Notes: generated from the letters alone by a model not told the origin. Positions 29,447-40,064 are shown, numbered from the stretch's first letter. The stretch: 64,000 nt of DNA from a virus (IMGVR_UViG_3300028653_000014:1-64000), one strand, 5' to 3'. Program-made: numbers and translations.

Positions 29447-29964
29447 GTTGCTCCCTTCGGTAGGTCGGCGGCCCGTCTCCCGTGATTCGCACCTTCGCCC
29501 GAGAGCTTCGCCGCCAGTTCGGTCATCACAGCGGTCTGTGATTCGAGCAGAGTCCCGATCCGTGCGAACTGTTCGAGGTTCGCCTGATGGTGATCCTCGT
29601 TAAGCTTCGCCAGATCGGACAGGTCGGTGCGCGACTCCAACGTGACGATCCGTTCCCGGGCGGTCTGTGCGAGCGCCTCGGCTTTCGCGGCCTGCTGGTT
29701 CAGCCGATCCTTGTCCGCCATCAGATCCTCGATCCGGGCCTGGCGGCTGTTCGCGAGGTCCTCCCACGTCTCCGCGGCCTTCGTCGCCGTCGCGAGGTTC
29801 ACCTTCTGCTTCGACCCGTACCAGGCCGTCGCGATACCAGCGACGAGCAGCACGACCGCGGCGACCTCCTCGAACAGGCCGCCGGTCGAGATGACGGCTG
29901 CCAGCCAGCCGAAGGAGGCGATGGCGGTACCGATTAGTTCCTTTGGGTTCATACCGAAGATCAT
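29443..29964 (-). CDS. membrane protein with coiled coil (lysis cassette)
   Basis: Two N-terminal TMs followed by a heptad-rich region. Confidence 0.6.
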   Translation of the reverse strand: MIFGMNPKELIGTAIASFGWLAAVISTGGLFEEVAAVVLLVAGIATAWYGSKQKVNLATATKAAETWEDLANSRQARIEDLMADKDRLNQQAAKAEALAQTARERIVTLESRTDLSDLAKLNEDHHQANLEQFARIGTLLESQTAVMTELAAKLSGEGANHGRRAADLPKGAT

Positions 29965-29969
29965 CGCCG

Positions 29970-30539
29970 CTACGGGCTGATTGTAGTCGGGGACGGGACC
30001 GGAACCGACTGCACGAAAACGGTCGTGATGCCGCCGCCCGGGGACGTGGTCGCCGGTTTGAGCGCCCGGTAGGTCGTGAAGACGAGCAGCAGAGCCACGA
30101 GGACAGCGGCGCCTGTCGCCGCGATCTGCATACCGGTACCCCAACTGCCGCGCCGGTCGGTCTTCGCCTCGGTCTGGTACTCCTCCCGCACCACCCCACG
30201 GCCGAGTGCCGCATCGACGCGTCCCTGCCACTCGTCACGCTTGTCTAGTTCGGCCTTACGTTGCGCCTCGTTCGCTGAATAGGTGTCCTGCGACACCGAG
30301 TTCTCAGACACTTTCGCGACACGGGCGTTCTCATGGTTCAGATCGCCGAGGTGCCGTTCGATGAAGAACCAGATCGTCGCCCCGATGACGGCCGCGAAAG
30401 CGAATCGTTCGTTGTTCAACTTCCGGTCAGCCCAGATTTTCTCGTTGAAGAACTCTTTGAGGCTGATGTCGGTGGCGGACGAGGAGCCGTAGGCAGGGGC
30501 AGTGGAACGACTCGCCCCGCCCCCATCGTCGACTGCCAT
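29970..30539 (-). CDS. two-TM membrane protein (lysis cassette)
   Basis: Two hydrophobic segments; TACCCT-N6-ATG leaderless start. Confidence 0.6.
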   Translation of the reverse strand: MAVDDGGGASRSTAPAYGSSSATDISLKEFFNEKIWADRKLNNERFAFAAVIGATIWFFIERHLGDLNHENARVAKVSENSVSQDTYSANEAQRKAELDKRDEWQGRVDAALGRGVVREEYQTEAKTDRRGSWGTGMQIAATGAAVLVALLLVFTTYRALKPATTSPGGGITTVFVQSVPVPSPTTISP

Positions 30540-30551
30540 GACCGGAGGGTA

Positions 30552-30583
30552 CTACGGGTCTCGCGTCCTACGGGTCTCGCGTC
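30552..30583. repeat. perfect tandem 16-bp direct repeat
   Basis: CTACGGGTCTCGCGTC x2, intergenic, upstream of 30539. Confidence 0.9.
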
Positions 30584-30606
30584 TTATTCGCTGCCACGTT
30601 GACTCG

Positions 30607-31437
30607 TTATGCTTGGGGAATCCTCGTCGCCATCACCGGCTCGGTGAAGTGATGATGGACCACCACCGTTGTCGCCCCGGAACTTCCGCCGGGCTGCTGA
30701 GTCGCGACGATCTTCACCGTTCCACCGTCAGGGTAGAGCCGATACCCGGGATAATTGCCGTACGCGACGACGGGGTTTGACCTCGCCGAGTCGAGCGTGT
30801 TAACAGGCCACTGCCAACGACCGACGCTCTGCGCGCTCAGCCCACCATTCGGCTCAAACTGCACACCACCCACGAATCCTTCCGGATCTTCGGTGTCGCC
30901 GACGACCAGGTAGAAGCCGGTGTCTGCCCATTCGACCGTCGTGTCGATGAGCACCCATTCGACGGCGCCGTTGGCGGGGACGGTGATCTCGGCAATGAAC
31001 ACGATCCCGAGTTGGACGTTCCCGTCGGCCGTCGGATCGGACAAAGACGCGACGTCGGTGTCGATGACGAGTGTGGTTCGATTGGTAGCCGGATCGTAGG
31101 TCGCGCTCGAATTGGCGTAGTTGCCGTCGTTGCCGGTCGAACCGGAGATAACGAATCCTGCCCCGTTCGGGACGAGCGCGAGCGGAACGGCGACGGCGGT
31201 CTGGTCGCCAACGACCTCCAAGGTCTGCGCGTCGAGATCGACCGCGACGATCGGGAGAAGTGCAGGCTGGAAGTCAGTGACGTTGATCTGGACGACCTCG
31301 TCAGTGGCCCCTCCGATCTGCGTCTCCGACCCATCCGGGTTCACCAACCAGACCGTCGCATCGGCCTTCTGGATTAGCCCAGGCTCCATCTCGTCCGTCT
31401 CGCGATTGCCCTTCAGGAACTGCTGGATCAGACTCAT
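30607..31437 (-). CDS. virion accessory/fibre-like protein
   Basis: Acidic, beta-rich, at the end of the tail module. Confidence 0.55.
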   Translation of the reverse strand: MSLIQQFLKGNRETDEMEPGLIQKADATVWLVNPDGSETQIGGATDEVVQINVTDFQPALLPIVAVDLDAQTLEVVGDQTAVAVPLALVPNGAGFVISGSTGNDGNYANSSATYDPATNRTTLVIDTDVASLSDPTADGNVQLGIVFIAEITVPANGAVEWVLIDTTVEWADTGFYLVVGDTEDPEGFVGGVQFEPNGGLSAQSVGRWQWPVNTLDSARSNPVVAYGNYPGYRLYPDGGTVKIVATQQPGGSSGATTVVVHHHFTEPVMATRIPQA

Positions 31438-31440
31438 CAG

Positions 31441-31623
31441 CTACTCCAACTCCTGCGAGGTTTCCGCGGTCACGCCAGCGTTACCGGCCACAAGCACGAG
31501 GTTGCCAGCGGCAATCTGCCCCTGCATCCACCGATCCGCGAGTTGCTCCGCGCTGAGCGTCACGATGTCGCCCGGGTGGGCATCGCCGATGTTCACCGTC
31601 ACCCGGTAGTCGGCGTCGTCCAC
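31441..31623 (-). CDS. small hypothetical protein
   Basis: TAGCAT-N8-GTG leaderless start. Confidence 0.5.
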   Translation of the reverse strand: MDDADYRVTVNIGDAHPGDIVTLSAEQLADRWMQGQIAAGNLVLVAGNAGVTAETSQELE

Positions 31624-31660
31624 GCGCGCTAATGCTACCGCGGCAGATGCAACGTCAGAT

Positions 31661-32758
31661 TCAATCCCTGGCGCGGAACATAAGGTCGAATACCGGAGTC
31701 GTAGGCGGCGGTGGAGGAGGGCACTCAGGCCCCGGCCCAGACGCAAGAGACATCGACCCGCCGACGGTATACGTCGACGCGATCCCCGCCCAGGAACCAG
31801 TAATATCCTGGCCGGTGATCGGTAGCCCGGACGCGACCTGCTCGGCGTAGACCATCGATGCGAGCATCCCGTCGCTGTTGCCGTCCCAGTCGTCGAACTC
31901 TTCCACCGTCGAGATAGCCCCTGACCCCCACGTCCAAACGCCAGAGGAGCCACCGTCGTAGTTGCCGTACGGGCCTGGGTTGCCAGGCGTCCAGATAGAC
32001 CCGTGGTTCGCATCGACAACGACGTAGGTGATTAGATCGGCGGGGCCGAGGATCTCATAGTCGGGATAGACAACCGTCGGCGTCATCTGAGGGTCGATAA
32101 TGAACGGAGGCCCGACAGTGCCGGTCGTATCGGGAGCGGCGTTCTCCGTACCTGAGTTGTAGCTCCATGTGGCGCCGCTCTGAGAGAGATCATCGGGGAT
32201 ATCGTGATATTCCCCGAACGGCCCCAAGTAGGAGGCGCCTCCAAACGCATCCTGTGCCCAACTGCTTAACGGCGTATCGACTGGCAACGATGGGTCTCGT
32301 TGCAATTGAACCCCCGTGTAGGCGACCGCGAAGAACCTGATCGCGGTCGGGCCGGGGAACTCTATTTCGAGGATCAGATTGTTCGACGTCGTGATGGGGT
32401 TGAGAACACAGCCGAGTTGATACTGGGCGTGACCGCCAACCGAACCGCCGAGGTTCGAGTAGCTGTCACCGAACTTCCCGAAGATGAGTGGGAACCCGTG
32501 GCTGGTGCCGTTGTACGGGTTCAGACCGTTCGAGAACATGCAGAACCCATAGAACGCGTCGGTTGCAGCATCGTCGGAGAAGCTATAGCCCTGGATCGTG
32601 TGACCGGGAGGGACGACTGCGACGTAACAAATCTGGATTAGCGTCGCGCCCGTAGTCGGGTCGGACCGCGGAATGTTCTGCGTGAACGGCACCGAGATCG
32701 TCGCCGCCCCACCGACGTGGCTACCGGAAGCGACGATACCTAGTGATGCGACAGTCAT
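31661..32758 (-). CDS. minor tail/receptor-binding protein, paralog A
   Basis: G/P/T/aromatic-rich; shares termini with 32758..33702. Confidence 0.7.
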   Translation of the reverse strand: MTVASLGIVASGSHVGGAATISVPFTQNIPRSDPTTGATLIQICYVAVVPPGHTIQGYSFSDDAATDAFYGFCMFSNGLNPYNGTSHGFPLIFGKFGDSYSNLGGSVGGHAQYQLGCVLNPITTSNNLILEIEFPGPTAIRFFAVAYTGVQLQRDPSLPVDTPLSSWAQDAFGGASYLGPFGEYHDIPDDLSQSGATWSYNSGTENAAPDTTGTVGPPFIIDPQMTPTVVYPDYEILGPADLITYVVVDANHGSIWTPGNPGPYGNYDGGSSGVWTWGSGAISTVEEFDDWDGNSDGMLASMVYAEQVASGLPITGQDITGSWAGIASTYTVGGSMSLASGPGPECPPPPPPTTPVFDLMFRARD

Positions 32759-33702
32759 CAGTCGAGGGCGCGGAAGCGATGATTGAAGACGGGGATGGCC
32801 TCGGGAGGCGGGATGTCAAGCCAGATCGGGCCGAGGCCTTCGAGCATCATGTAGCCGAATCCGAGGGCGGCGAGGTTCGTGTCTGCGGTCGACCAGGTGC
32901 CGTCGAGGTCGTCGTTGAACTCGATAGGCGATAGCGGCTTCTCGAAAACGCAGAGCGAGTAGGAGGGCGGCGTCGAGGGGCCGACGAGTCCGGTTGGCAT
33001 GTTGATCTGGGAGCCGATCTCCGTCCAGGTTCCATCGGCGGGTGTGAAGTCTCCAGGGTCGACCGTACAGAACGGCGAACTGGAAACGAAGTAAAGGCCG
33101 ATTGATCCCTGCTCGATCGACCAGTTCGGGTAGCCGATCGGGTACGGCTCGGTCAGCACAACACCGAAGGGCGTGCTCCCTCCCTGCGTCCATTCCCAGC
33201 TAACACCGTAGGCGGACGGGCCACCAATCGGGTTGCTCCCGACCAGTCCGCGCGGCCCTGGGATATGCCCCTCGTCGAACCAGACATTCGCGGGAAGGTC
33301 GGCCACCTGATAGGCGGGGTAGGGCTGGTTGTTGACCTGAACGCCCGTATAGGCGACAGCGATGCAGAACGAGTAGGTGACTGGCGACCCGGAAAAGGTG
33401 ATAGTGATCGTGTCGCTCGAAGCCGTGAGCGGGTTGAGGATCAGACCCATGAAGGTGCCGCCGACTTGGTACCACGGGTTCGTGCCCGCCGTGTAGAGAT
33501 GGGTCGAGTAGAAGGAATCGGTCGGGGCATCGTCGCTCGCAGACAGAGCGCTCTCGGGATCTATCTGGATGACATTGACAATCACGACCGATGCGCCGAG
33601 CGTCGGGTCGGAGCGTGGCACATCGACCATCACCGGGATGTCGATCGTCGAGCCGCCTGTACCAACCCCGGTTCCGATCACGCCGAGCGACGCGACAGCC
33701 AT
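32758..33702 (-). CDS. minor tail/receptor-binding protein, paralog B
   Basis: MAVASLG..PRSDPT.GA..SDDA.TD.FY..LNP.T..VAYTGVQ..PVF..FRA.D shared with paralog A. Confidence 0.7.
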   Translation of the reverse strand: MAVASLGVIGTGVGTGGSTIDIPVMVDVPRSDPTLGASVVIVNVIQIDPESALSASDDAPTDSFYSTHLYTAGTNPWYQVGGTFMGLILNPLTASSDTITITFSGSPVTYSFCIAVAYTGVQVNNQPYPAYQVADLPANVWFDEGHIPGPRGLVGSNPIGGPSAYGVSWEWTQGGSTPFGVVLTEPYPIGYPNWSIEQGSIGLYFVSSSPFCTVDPGDFTPADGTWTEIGSQINMPTGLVGPSTPPSYSLCVFEKPLSPIEFNDDLDGTWSTADTNLAALGFGYMMLEGLGPIWLDIPPPEAIPVFNHRFRALD

Positions 33703-34106
33703 CAGATAGCTCCCTGGGTGACATAGGTGACGGAGCCGTCGGTGCCGATGATGCACGTCCAGACACCGGAGCCGTCCGTCAGCGACCCCGTGATCGCCTG
33801 CGGATAAAGCGGTGCATACTCTGGCGGCAGAGTGAACACCACAGTGCCGTCGGAGCCACCAGTGAAAGCACCGCGAATGTGCGTCCAGTTGCTGAACCGT
33901 TTGAAGCTGACAGGTGCCTGACCGCTAAATACGTTCCCCCAGCCGTTCTCGAACGGCGGCGACTCCGGCGTCGTGTTCGCATCGCCTGGATAGGTTCCGA
34001 CGTAGATCCACGGGCTTGACCCGTCCGAACGTTCGACCGCGGTCAAACGGGCGTTGTGCTGCTTCAACGCCAGATCGACCGATAGTTGATTGACGGAGGA
34101 CGTCAA
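33702..34106 (-). CDS. minor tail protein (H-type lectin/fibre-tip-like)
   Basis: FENGW.N..HIRG..GG..GTVVFTLP..P. Confidence 0.65.
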   Translation of the reverse strand: MTSSVNQLSVDLALKQHNARLTAVERSDGSSPWIYVGTYPGDANTTPESPPFENGWGNVFSGQAPVSFKRFSNWTHIRGAFTGGSDGTVVFTLPPEYAPLYPQAITGSLTDGSGVWTCIIGTDGSVTYVTQGAI

Positions 34107-35707
34107 CAGGTACCCGCCGTGTCAATCGCCGTGATGGAGATCGTGAACCCCGTGCCGCTGCCCGGAGATGAGCCGCCTGTCTCCGTCGTTATGCCTGACC
34201 CTGGCGGATCGCCGTCGCCAACCGCATAACCGGACCCGGCGTCGGTGATCGTGTACGTCACGACCGCGCCGCCGCTCACGGAGTCGACGATGTAGGTGGC
34301 CTCCTGGTTCCCTGTGTCGATGAACCCCGTATCCCCGATCACGTACCCGGTGCCACCGTCGACAAGTTCGGTTGTGACGATAGCCCCGACCTGCCGCCAG
34401 TCCGGCGACGTCACCAGCCCGACGATCTCCTCGATCCCGTCGTCGGTGATCTGCACCGGGATCGTCTGCACCCGCTGGAACCCAGCCGCCGTCACACGGA
34501 GTTTGTTCGGCGCGTAGACCGGCGCCCGGTCGCCGATGTTGTAGTCGAGCAGCGGGATAGGTGACCGTTCCGGGATCGGGTCCATCGTCAGCGTCCGCTT
34601 CCCCTGCTTCCCCAACGTCAGCGCCTGCTGGAGCAGTTGAAGGATCGCCGCCGGGTTTATCAGGTCCGTCTGGTTCGGCTGGAACTGCGTCGACCAGTAA
34701 GGCCCGAACGTGTCGATGCTCGCGTCCGACGGGATCAGCGGGCCGAGCAACGGTGTCGGAACGTTGCCACCAGCACCGCCGAAGTACAAACCGAGATTCA
34801 GGAACCCGCCAGGGGTCGCGTCGTGCATCCGGTCGATCCTTTTCAGATTCCGCCGGAGCATCGCCCATGAGAAGATCGAGTTCGGCCGCTCGCACCCGGC
34901 CAGGTTGTAGATCGACAGTTCATGCGTGTAGCCAGGCCGGTTGACCGGGTCGTAGATCGGGGTGAGCACGATGTCGCAGTTGCCCGCGTCGCACAGTTGC
35001 GTCCAGGTGTCCGCGACCGTGTTGCCGGAGGTGAGCGTCAGATCGATCACCGGGGTGATCTCCAACGTTCCCTGGTAGAACGACGTGCCGCCCCAGTCCT
35101 GATACTGGTCTCCCTCACCGCTCCGTGAGCCGTCCCCGGCGTCGATGAACGAACCGTTCCCTCCGGTGCCTGGCGGGCCGACGAAAGACGGTGTTGGCCC
35201 CCACTGTCCGGCGGCTATCGCGTCGAGGGCAGCCTTGTAGACGGTGAGCGCCCAGTAGGTGCCGTTGTACGGCCCCAGGAAGTTGTAACCCTGCGGCCCC
35301 GGCAAACCACCGGAAGCCCACACGGGCCACGCCGCCATCAGCGCCCACGGGTCGAACGCAGTGAAGTTCGTCAACGGGATGTCCGTGTCGGCCTCGTCCT
35401 CCGGCTGCATCAGAATCCCGGCGCCGCGGCACACCCACGGGTCCTGCGGCGTCGACCCGATCGGGGCCGGTGCCTCACGGCGGAACGCGTACACGAGTCG
35501 GTTCGTCTGCGCGACCAGAGGGTAGCCGTCCGTGAACAGCAGATTCACCCGAGGGTCGTCCGGGTACACCGACGCGGCTATCTGGGCTGGCTGGTCGAGG
35601 TTGAACGTCAGCGTACGATTCGTCAGCAGGCCATCCGCCCACGTCGTCGTGACCGTGTTCAGGTCAGTGAAGATGAACCGCCACGGCAAACCTACGTACT
35701 GCGCCAT
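34103..35707 (-). CDS. tail-tip hub/minor tail protein
   Basis: Follows Dit; siphovirus Gp37-like layout with YNIGD motif. Confidence 0.7.
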   Translation of the reverse strand: MAQYVGLPWRFIFTDLNTVTTTWADGLLTNRTLTFNLDQPAQIAASVYPDDPRVNLLFTDGYPLVAQTNRLVYAFRREAPAPIGSTPQDPWVCRGAGILMQPEDEADTDIPLTNFTAFDPWALMAAWPVWASGGLPGPQGYNFLGPYNGTYWALTVYKAALDAIAAGQWGPTPSFVGPPGTGGNGSFIDAGDGSRSGEGDQYQDWGGTSFYQGTLEITPVIDLTLTSGNTVADTWTQLCDAGNCDIVLTPIYDPVNRPGYTHELSIYNLAGCERPNSIFSWAMLRRNLKRIDRMHDATPGGFLNLGLYFGGAGGNVPTPLLGPLIPSDASIDTFGPYWSTQFQPNQTDLINPAAILQLLQQALTLGKQGKRTLTMDPIPERSPIPLLDYNIGDRAPVYAPNKLRVTAAGFQRVQTIPVQITDDGIEEIVGLVTSPDWRQVGAIVTTELVDGGTGYVIGDTGFIDTGNQEATYIVDSVSGGAVVTYTITDAGSGYAVGDGDPPGSGITTETGGSSPGSGTGFTISITAIDTAGTC

Positions 35708-35737
35708 CAGGTGATCCCGGTCACGCGCGCGTTACCG

Positions 35738-36649
35738 CTACGCGTAGGCGTTGTTGTAGAGGACGGTCGCTGACGCGCCGACGATCTCGACGTGCGACCC
35801 GCCGGGAGCGATCTGGAAGAAGTCCGTCGCGGTCGCCGTCAGAGACGCGCCCAAATCGGTGGAGGAGCCGTCCAGGTAGACGGTGCCGTCGAAGAAGTTG
35901 ATCTCCGCGTAGTGACCGCCAGCGATGGCGGTGCCGTCGTAGACGACCTGCTCCCCCGTGTCGGTGTCCGTGATCGTGAATGACGAGGTCGCCCCAGCCA
36001 CCCGAATCACGGGAAACACTGGCGCGTCACCCGCGTTCGGGAGGAGCACCGGCCCCCCACCGTCAGTCAGCGCGGACGGGGTGTTCTCCGTCCCGTCGAT
36101 CGCGTACGGGAACGGCGACTCGACCTGGAACGTCACATACGTGAAGTCGTCGTCGCCCGTACCGCCGACTACCGGGTCGATCCACGCAAGCGTCTGGATC
36201 GCCTGCAGGAGCCGTGAGTCGCCCAGACCGGTCGGGAACCAGATGAGCCTCTGGGACGTGTTCGGCGTGGCAGACGCCGTCAGGAGCGCTTGCAGGTGCA
36301 GGATCAGATGCTCGTGCATCAGCCGCAGGTCCGAGTTGCACGCCGGGACCACCTGCCCGCCGCCGTCCACGGTCGCCGGGTAGATGCCGTCCTCGCTGAT
36401 CGCGTAGCGAACCTTGATCGTCGCGCCCAGCCCCGACGTGAACCTCGGATGCAGCACCGAACCGTCCTGTTGCGAGATGTTGTCGGCCGTCACCCGCATC
36501 GTCGGCACGATCTTGTACCCGTCAGGCTCGATCAGGAAGACCGCGTTGTCGACGCCGCCCGATGATCCCGCCGTGAGCACCTCGTTGAAGGTGAGACTGC
36601 CGAGCGGCGACATCAGCACGTGCGGGACGGCGAACTCAAGATTCGGCAT
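35738..36649 (-). CDS. distal tail protein (Dit)
   Basis: Directly after the tape measure; PFPYA..NAGDAPVFPVIRV..FF.I.PG. Confidence 0.75.
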   Translation of the reverse strand: MPNLEFAVPHVLMSPLGSLTFNEVLTAGSSGGVDNAVFLIEPDGYKIVPTMRVTADNISQQDGSVLHPRFTSGLGATIKVRYAISEDGIYPATVDGGGQVVPACNSDLRLMHEHLILHLQALLTASATPNTSQRLIWFPTGLGDSRLLQAIQTLAWIDPVVGGTGDDDFTYVTFQVESPFPYAIDGTENTPSALTDGGGPVLLPNAGDAPVFPVIRVAGATSSFTITDTDTGEQVVYDGTAIAGGHYAEINFFDGTVYLDGSSTDLGASLTATATDFFQIAPGGSHVEIVGASATVLYNNAYA

Positions 36650-36651
36650 GG

Positions 36652-39600
36652 CTAACGCGTCGCCCCGGTGAGATTCGTCGACGTCTTCTTCTGCCTGCCA
36701 GGGTTACGGCCGAGCGCGTTCGGGTTCACCTTCACGGCCTTCTCCGCCGCAAGGGTGTCGGCGATCGTCTTCGTGTTAGTCGCGATCTTCTTCTGCAACG
36801 CCGTGTTCGCCTTCGCGATTGTCAACTGCTGCTGCGCGACGTCGCGTTGCTGCTGCGCCACCAGCAACGCCGGTTGCACGATTGTGGCCTCCTGGCCGCT
36901 CCCGGTCGCGCCGCCCGTGAACCCGTTCAACGCCTTCGCCTGATCCTGGATGCCCTTCAGTTGCGCGTTGAAACCGTCCGCGAACGACGTGCCGAGCAGC
37001 TTCCCAGCCGTCTTGTAGCTGACCCCGTCCCTCTTCAGCAACGCCAGCAACTGATCGCGCCCCTTCGTGACCGACAGCCGCCCGGTGTTGATCCCGTCCG
37101 TGATGTCGTTGATCGTCCGGGTCGCGGTGATCTTCCGCTGGTTCACCTGATCCTGGGCAACCGACAGGGACGCCTGCTGGTACTGCTGCAGGAACGACTC
37201 GATGTACGGCTTCGTCGCCGTCGACGCCTTCGCGGCCAGCGACTGCAGTTCCGCAACCGCCTTGTTCGGGTCGGTCGACAACTGCTTGCCGCCCGGCAGC
37301 AGCGCGCTCCGGCGCAACTGGTCGAGCGAGAGCTTGTTTTGGGCCAACGTCAGCTTGTTCTGGAGGTTCGTCAGCGGCTGGTCGAGCACCGACCCGACAC
37401 TCGACGCCAACGATTGCCCGATCGATGCGAGGTTCTGCTTCGCCTGGTTGATCGAGTTCGTCAGGTCGATGGCGTTCTGCTGGATCGTCTGGCCGAGTTT
37501 CTCGTTCAGCAACCCGATCCTCTGCTGGGCCTCAGAGATCGCCTGCGCGTTCGTGTTAGAGGCCGTGGTCGCCGCCGCGATACCGGACTTCAGTGCCGCC
37601 TGGATCTGATCCTGGGCGCCCTGGATGGCCGCGTTGATCGGGTCGAGGAACAACGTCGCGAACCTCTGCCCGGCCGTCTGCGCTGAGGCAGCAGACAGCG
37701 GGTCGGGTAGCGCGTTGAAGAGAGCCGCCACACCGTTCCCGAGGCCCTTCCCCTCAGCGACCGCAGCCGTCAGCGACTGCGTGAAGTTGTCGCCTGTAGC
37801 CGTCCCTGCGTTCGTCGCGTACTGCGGCAACTCGTTCAGCCTCGTGACGATGTCACTGAGGCTCGTGGTGGCACTTCGGTTGTCGAGGATGAAGTTGATT
37901 TCCTTCTGGGTCGGTATCCGCCCGACCGTCAGGGTGAACTGAGAGAGCAGATCGAGGTTCTGACGTATCGTGGGCGTCAGGTTCTTCTGTGCGGCGGCGT
38001 CAGCCTGAATGCCCTGAGCGAAGTCGAGCGCCGCCTTCTGACGTGCTGCAGCAAAGTTTGACGCCGACTGGCCGGGGGTGGCCCCGACACCAGCACGCGT
38101 CCCACCGATCGGAACGTTGGCGTTCGTCGCCTGCGTCTTCAACGCCGCCACGAGGTCCTGTGCGGTCTTCTTCGCGGCAGTCTGACCTGTGGAGATTTTC
38201 GTCAGGTCGCTCTGGTACTGCGCCCGTGCGGCCTTTTGCTGCTGCAACGCCGCGTCAAGGTCGAGCACCGCCTGCTTGTAGGCAAGCGTTCCCTTCTTCC
38301 CGGCCGAGAGTTCGCTGTTCGCCTTCGCCTGCTGCACCGCGAGGTTCGCCTGCGCCAGAGAAAGTTTGTCCTGCGGGGTCGCCGCGAGTGCGGTGTTCAG
38401 ATCGGTGATGCTCGATACGAAGTTTCGGTTTGCAGCCGTCGCGTCCGACTCCCGCGTTGCGAGATAGACAATCCCGGCGGTAAGCCCGGCGATACCGACA
38501 ACCGCAAGACCGACCGGGCCGGTCAGAGCGGCGATCCCACCCGCCAGCAGGCCGACGCCCTCCGCCCCGCCCGCCTCTACCGCCGATGCCGCTATCGCCT
38601 CGTTCGCAGCCACGACGGCAGCCGCGTTCGTCTCCACCGCCGCCGTGGTTGAGAACAGCCCTTCTACGAGCAGACTCAGGTTGCCGATGATCGTCCCGAT
38701 CTTCCAGCCGAACCAGACGGCAGCCATGATCTTCACGGCGTTCCCCAATCCGCCCACGGCGCTGATGACGGCCTGCAGGGGCGGCAGCACCGTCGACAGC
38801 ACGTCCTTGACGCCGCCGATGATCTGCTTCGCGTCCGAGAGGGCCGAGTTCACGTCGCGCTGCAACTTCCCGGACTGCGTCATCTTCGTCAGCCATGCCC
38901 CGAGTTCCGACGTCAGACTCGACAGGGCCGGGAGCAGTGCGGCACCGATCACGTCCTTCGCGTTCGAGAACGCCGCCGACAGTTGCCGCTGCTCGTTCGC
39001 GTAGTCGTGCGCGTGCGCGGCGGCCTGCTGCTGGAACTGGCCGAGATTCTCCGTCGCGAGCGCGTAGATCGCCTCAGCCTTCTGCGCCGGGTTCAACGCC
39101 TGCGTGATCGAATCCGTCAGGCCCAGTTTGAACGCCGCGATCTTCTCGGACGTCGTGTCGACCGAGATGCCGAGTTGCTTCAACCCTCGGGTGTTGCCTG
39201 CCGCGGCCAGCACGATGCTCTGCAGCACCTGTGAAGGGTCGACGCCCTTGATCGCGGACAGTGACCCGGCGAGAGACTCGAACCCCTGAGTCATCCGGGC
39301 CGCCAACGACGGCGCGATGTCGAGGTTCTTGAAGAGGATGCCGAACCGCGCCGACGTGGCGTCCGCCGTTTGGGCGCTGATCCCGAGCGCCTGAGCGCCC
39401 TTCTCACCAAACGCCGTCAGCGCGTCACCCGACTTGCCGAACTCCTCCTGGATCACCTCCTGCGACTTCTGCAGGTTCGCGGCGCTGCCGACGACGTCCT
39501 TCGCGAACTTGACCGCGAACGCCGCCCCGATCCCGACGCCCAGCACCTTCGAAAGGCTGAACACCTTCGTCCTCAGACCGTCGAGAGAGGCGCCAGCGGT

Positions 39601-40056
39601 CGCCGCACCCGCCTCAGTCGCCACCCCGAGTTTCGCCGCCGCGGAAGCGGTAGCGTCAGCACTGAGTTTCGCCGCCGCAGCGGCCGTCGCGGACCCCTTC
39701 TCCGCGGCGGCTGCGATCTCGCCGTACGACGCCGAGAGCGCCAGGTTCGCGTCGATCTCCTTCACCGTCGCCGCAACATTCGCCTGAGCGGTCGCCGCAA
39801 TCGTCTCGGCACTCGTGGCAGCCGCGTCCTTCGTTGCCGCCCCTGCCGAGACAGCCGACGAGGCGACCTCCTTGTACCCGGCGGCCAGCAGGTCGAGTTG
39901 GTCAGCCTGGGCGGCCGTACCCGCGACAGCGCCTGTGGATGCGACCTGCGCCTGGGCACCCGTCACGGCCGCCCGAACACCTGCGCTGATCTGCGCCTGC
40001 AAACCGTCCAGGTTCGCGCGGACGCGAACGTACGCTGTTGCAAGTTCGACGGCCAT
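36652..40056 (-). CDS. tape measure protein
   Basis: 1134 aa, Ala-rich helical, MAVELATAYVRV start, TM-like segments. Confidence 0.92.
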   Translation of the reverse strand: MAVELATAYVRVRANLDGLQAQISAGVRAAVTGAQAQVASTGAVAGTAAQADQLDLLAAGYKEVASSAVSAGAATKDAAATSAETIAATAQANVAATVKEIDANLALSASYGEIAAAAEKGSATAAAAAKLSADATASAAAKLGVATEAGAATAGASLDGLRTKVFSLSKVLGVGIGAAFAVKFAKDVVGSAANLQKSQEVIQEEFGKSGDALTAFGEKGAQALGISAQTADATSARFGILFKNLDIAPSLAARMTQGFESLAGSLSAIKGVDPSQVLQSIVLAAAGNTRGLKQLGISVDTTSEKIAAFKLGLTDSITQALNPAQKAEAIYALATENLGQFQQQAAAHAHDYANEQRQLSAAFSNAKDVIGAALLPALSSLTSELGAWLTKMTQSGKLQRDVNSALSDAKQIIGGVKDVLSTVLPPLQAVISAVGGLGNAVKIMAAVWFGWKIGTIIGNLSLLVEGLFSTTAAVETNAAAVVAANEAIAASAVEAGGAEGVGLLAGGIAALTGPVGLAVVGIAGLTAGIVYLATRESDATAANRNFVSSITDLNTALAATPQDKLSLAQANLAVQQAKANSELSAGKKGTLAYKQAVLDLDAALQQQKAARAQYQSDLTKISTGQTAAKKTAQDLVAALKTQATNANVPIGGTRAGVGATPGQSASNFAAARQKAALDFAQGIQADAAAQKNLTPTIRQNLDLLSQFTLTVGRIPTQKEINFILDNRSATTSLSDIVTRLNELPQYATNAGTATGDNFTQSLTAAVAEGKGLGNGVAALFNALPDPLSAASAQTAGQRFATLFLDPINAAIQGAQDQIQAALKSGIAAATTASNTNAQAISEAQQRIGLLNEKLGQTIQQNAIDLTNSINQAKQNLASIGQSLASSVGSVLDQPLTNLQNKLTLAQNKLSLDQLRRSALLPGGKQLSTDPNKAVAELQSLAAKASTATKPYIESFLQQYQQASLSVAQDQVNQRKITATRTINDITDGINTGRLSVTKGRDQLLALLKRDGVSYKTAGKLLGTSFADGFNAQLKGIQDQAKALNGFTGGATGSGQEATIVQPALLVAQQQRDVAQQQLTIAKANTALQKKIATNTKTIADTLAAEKAVKVNPNALGRNPGRQKKTSTNLTGATR

Positions 40057-40064
40057 CTAGGTGC

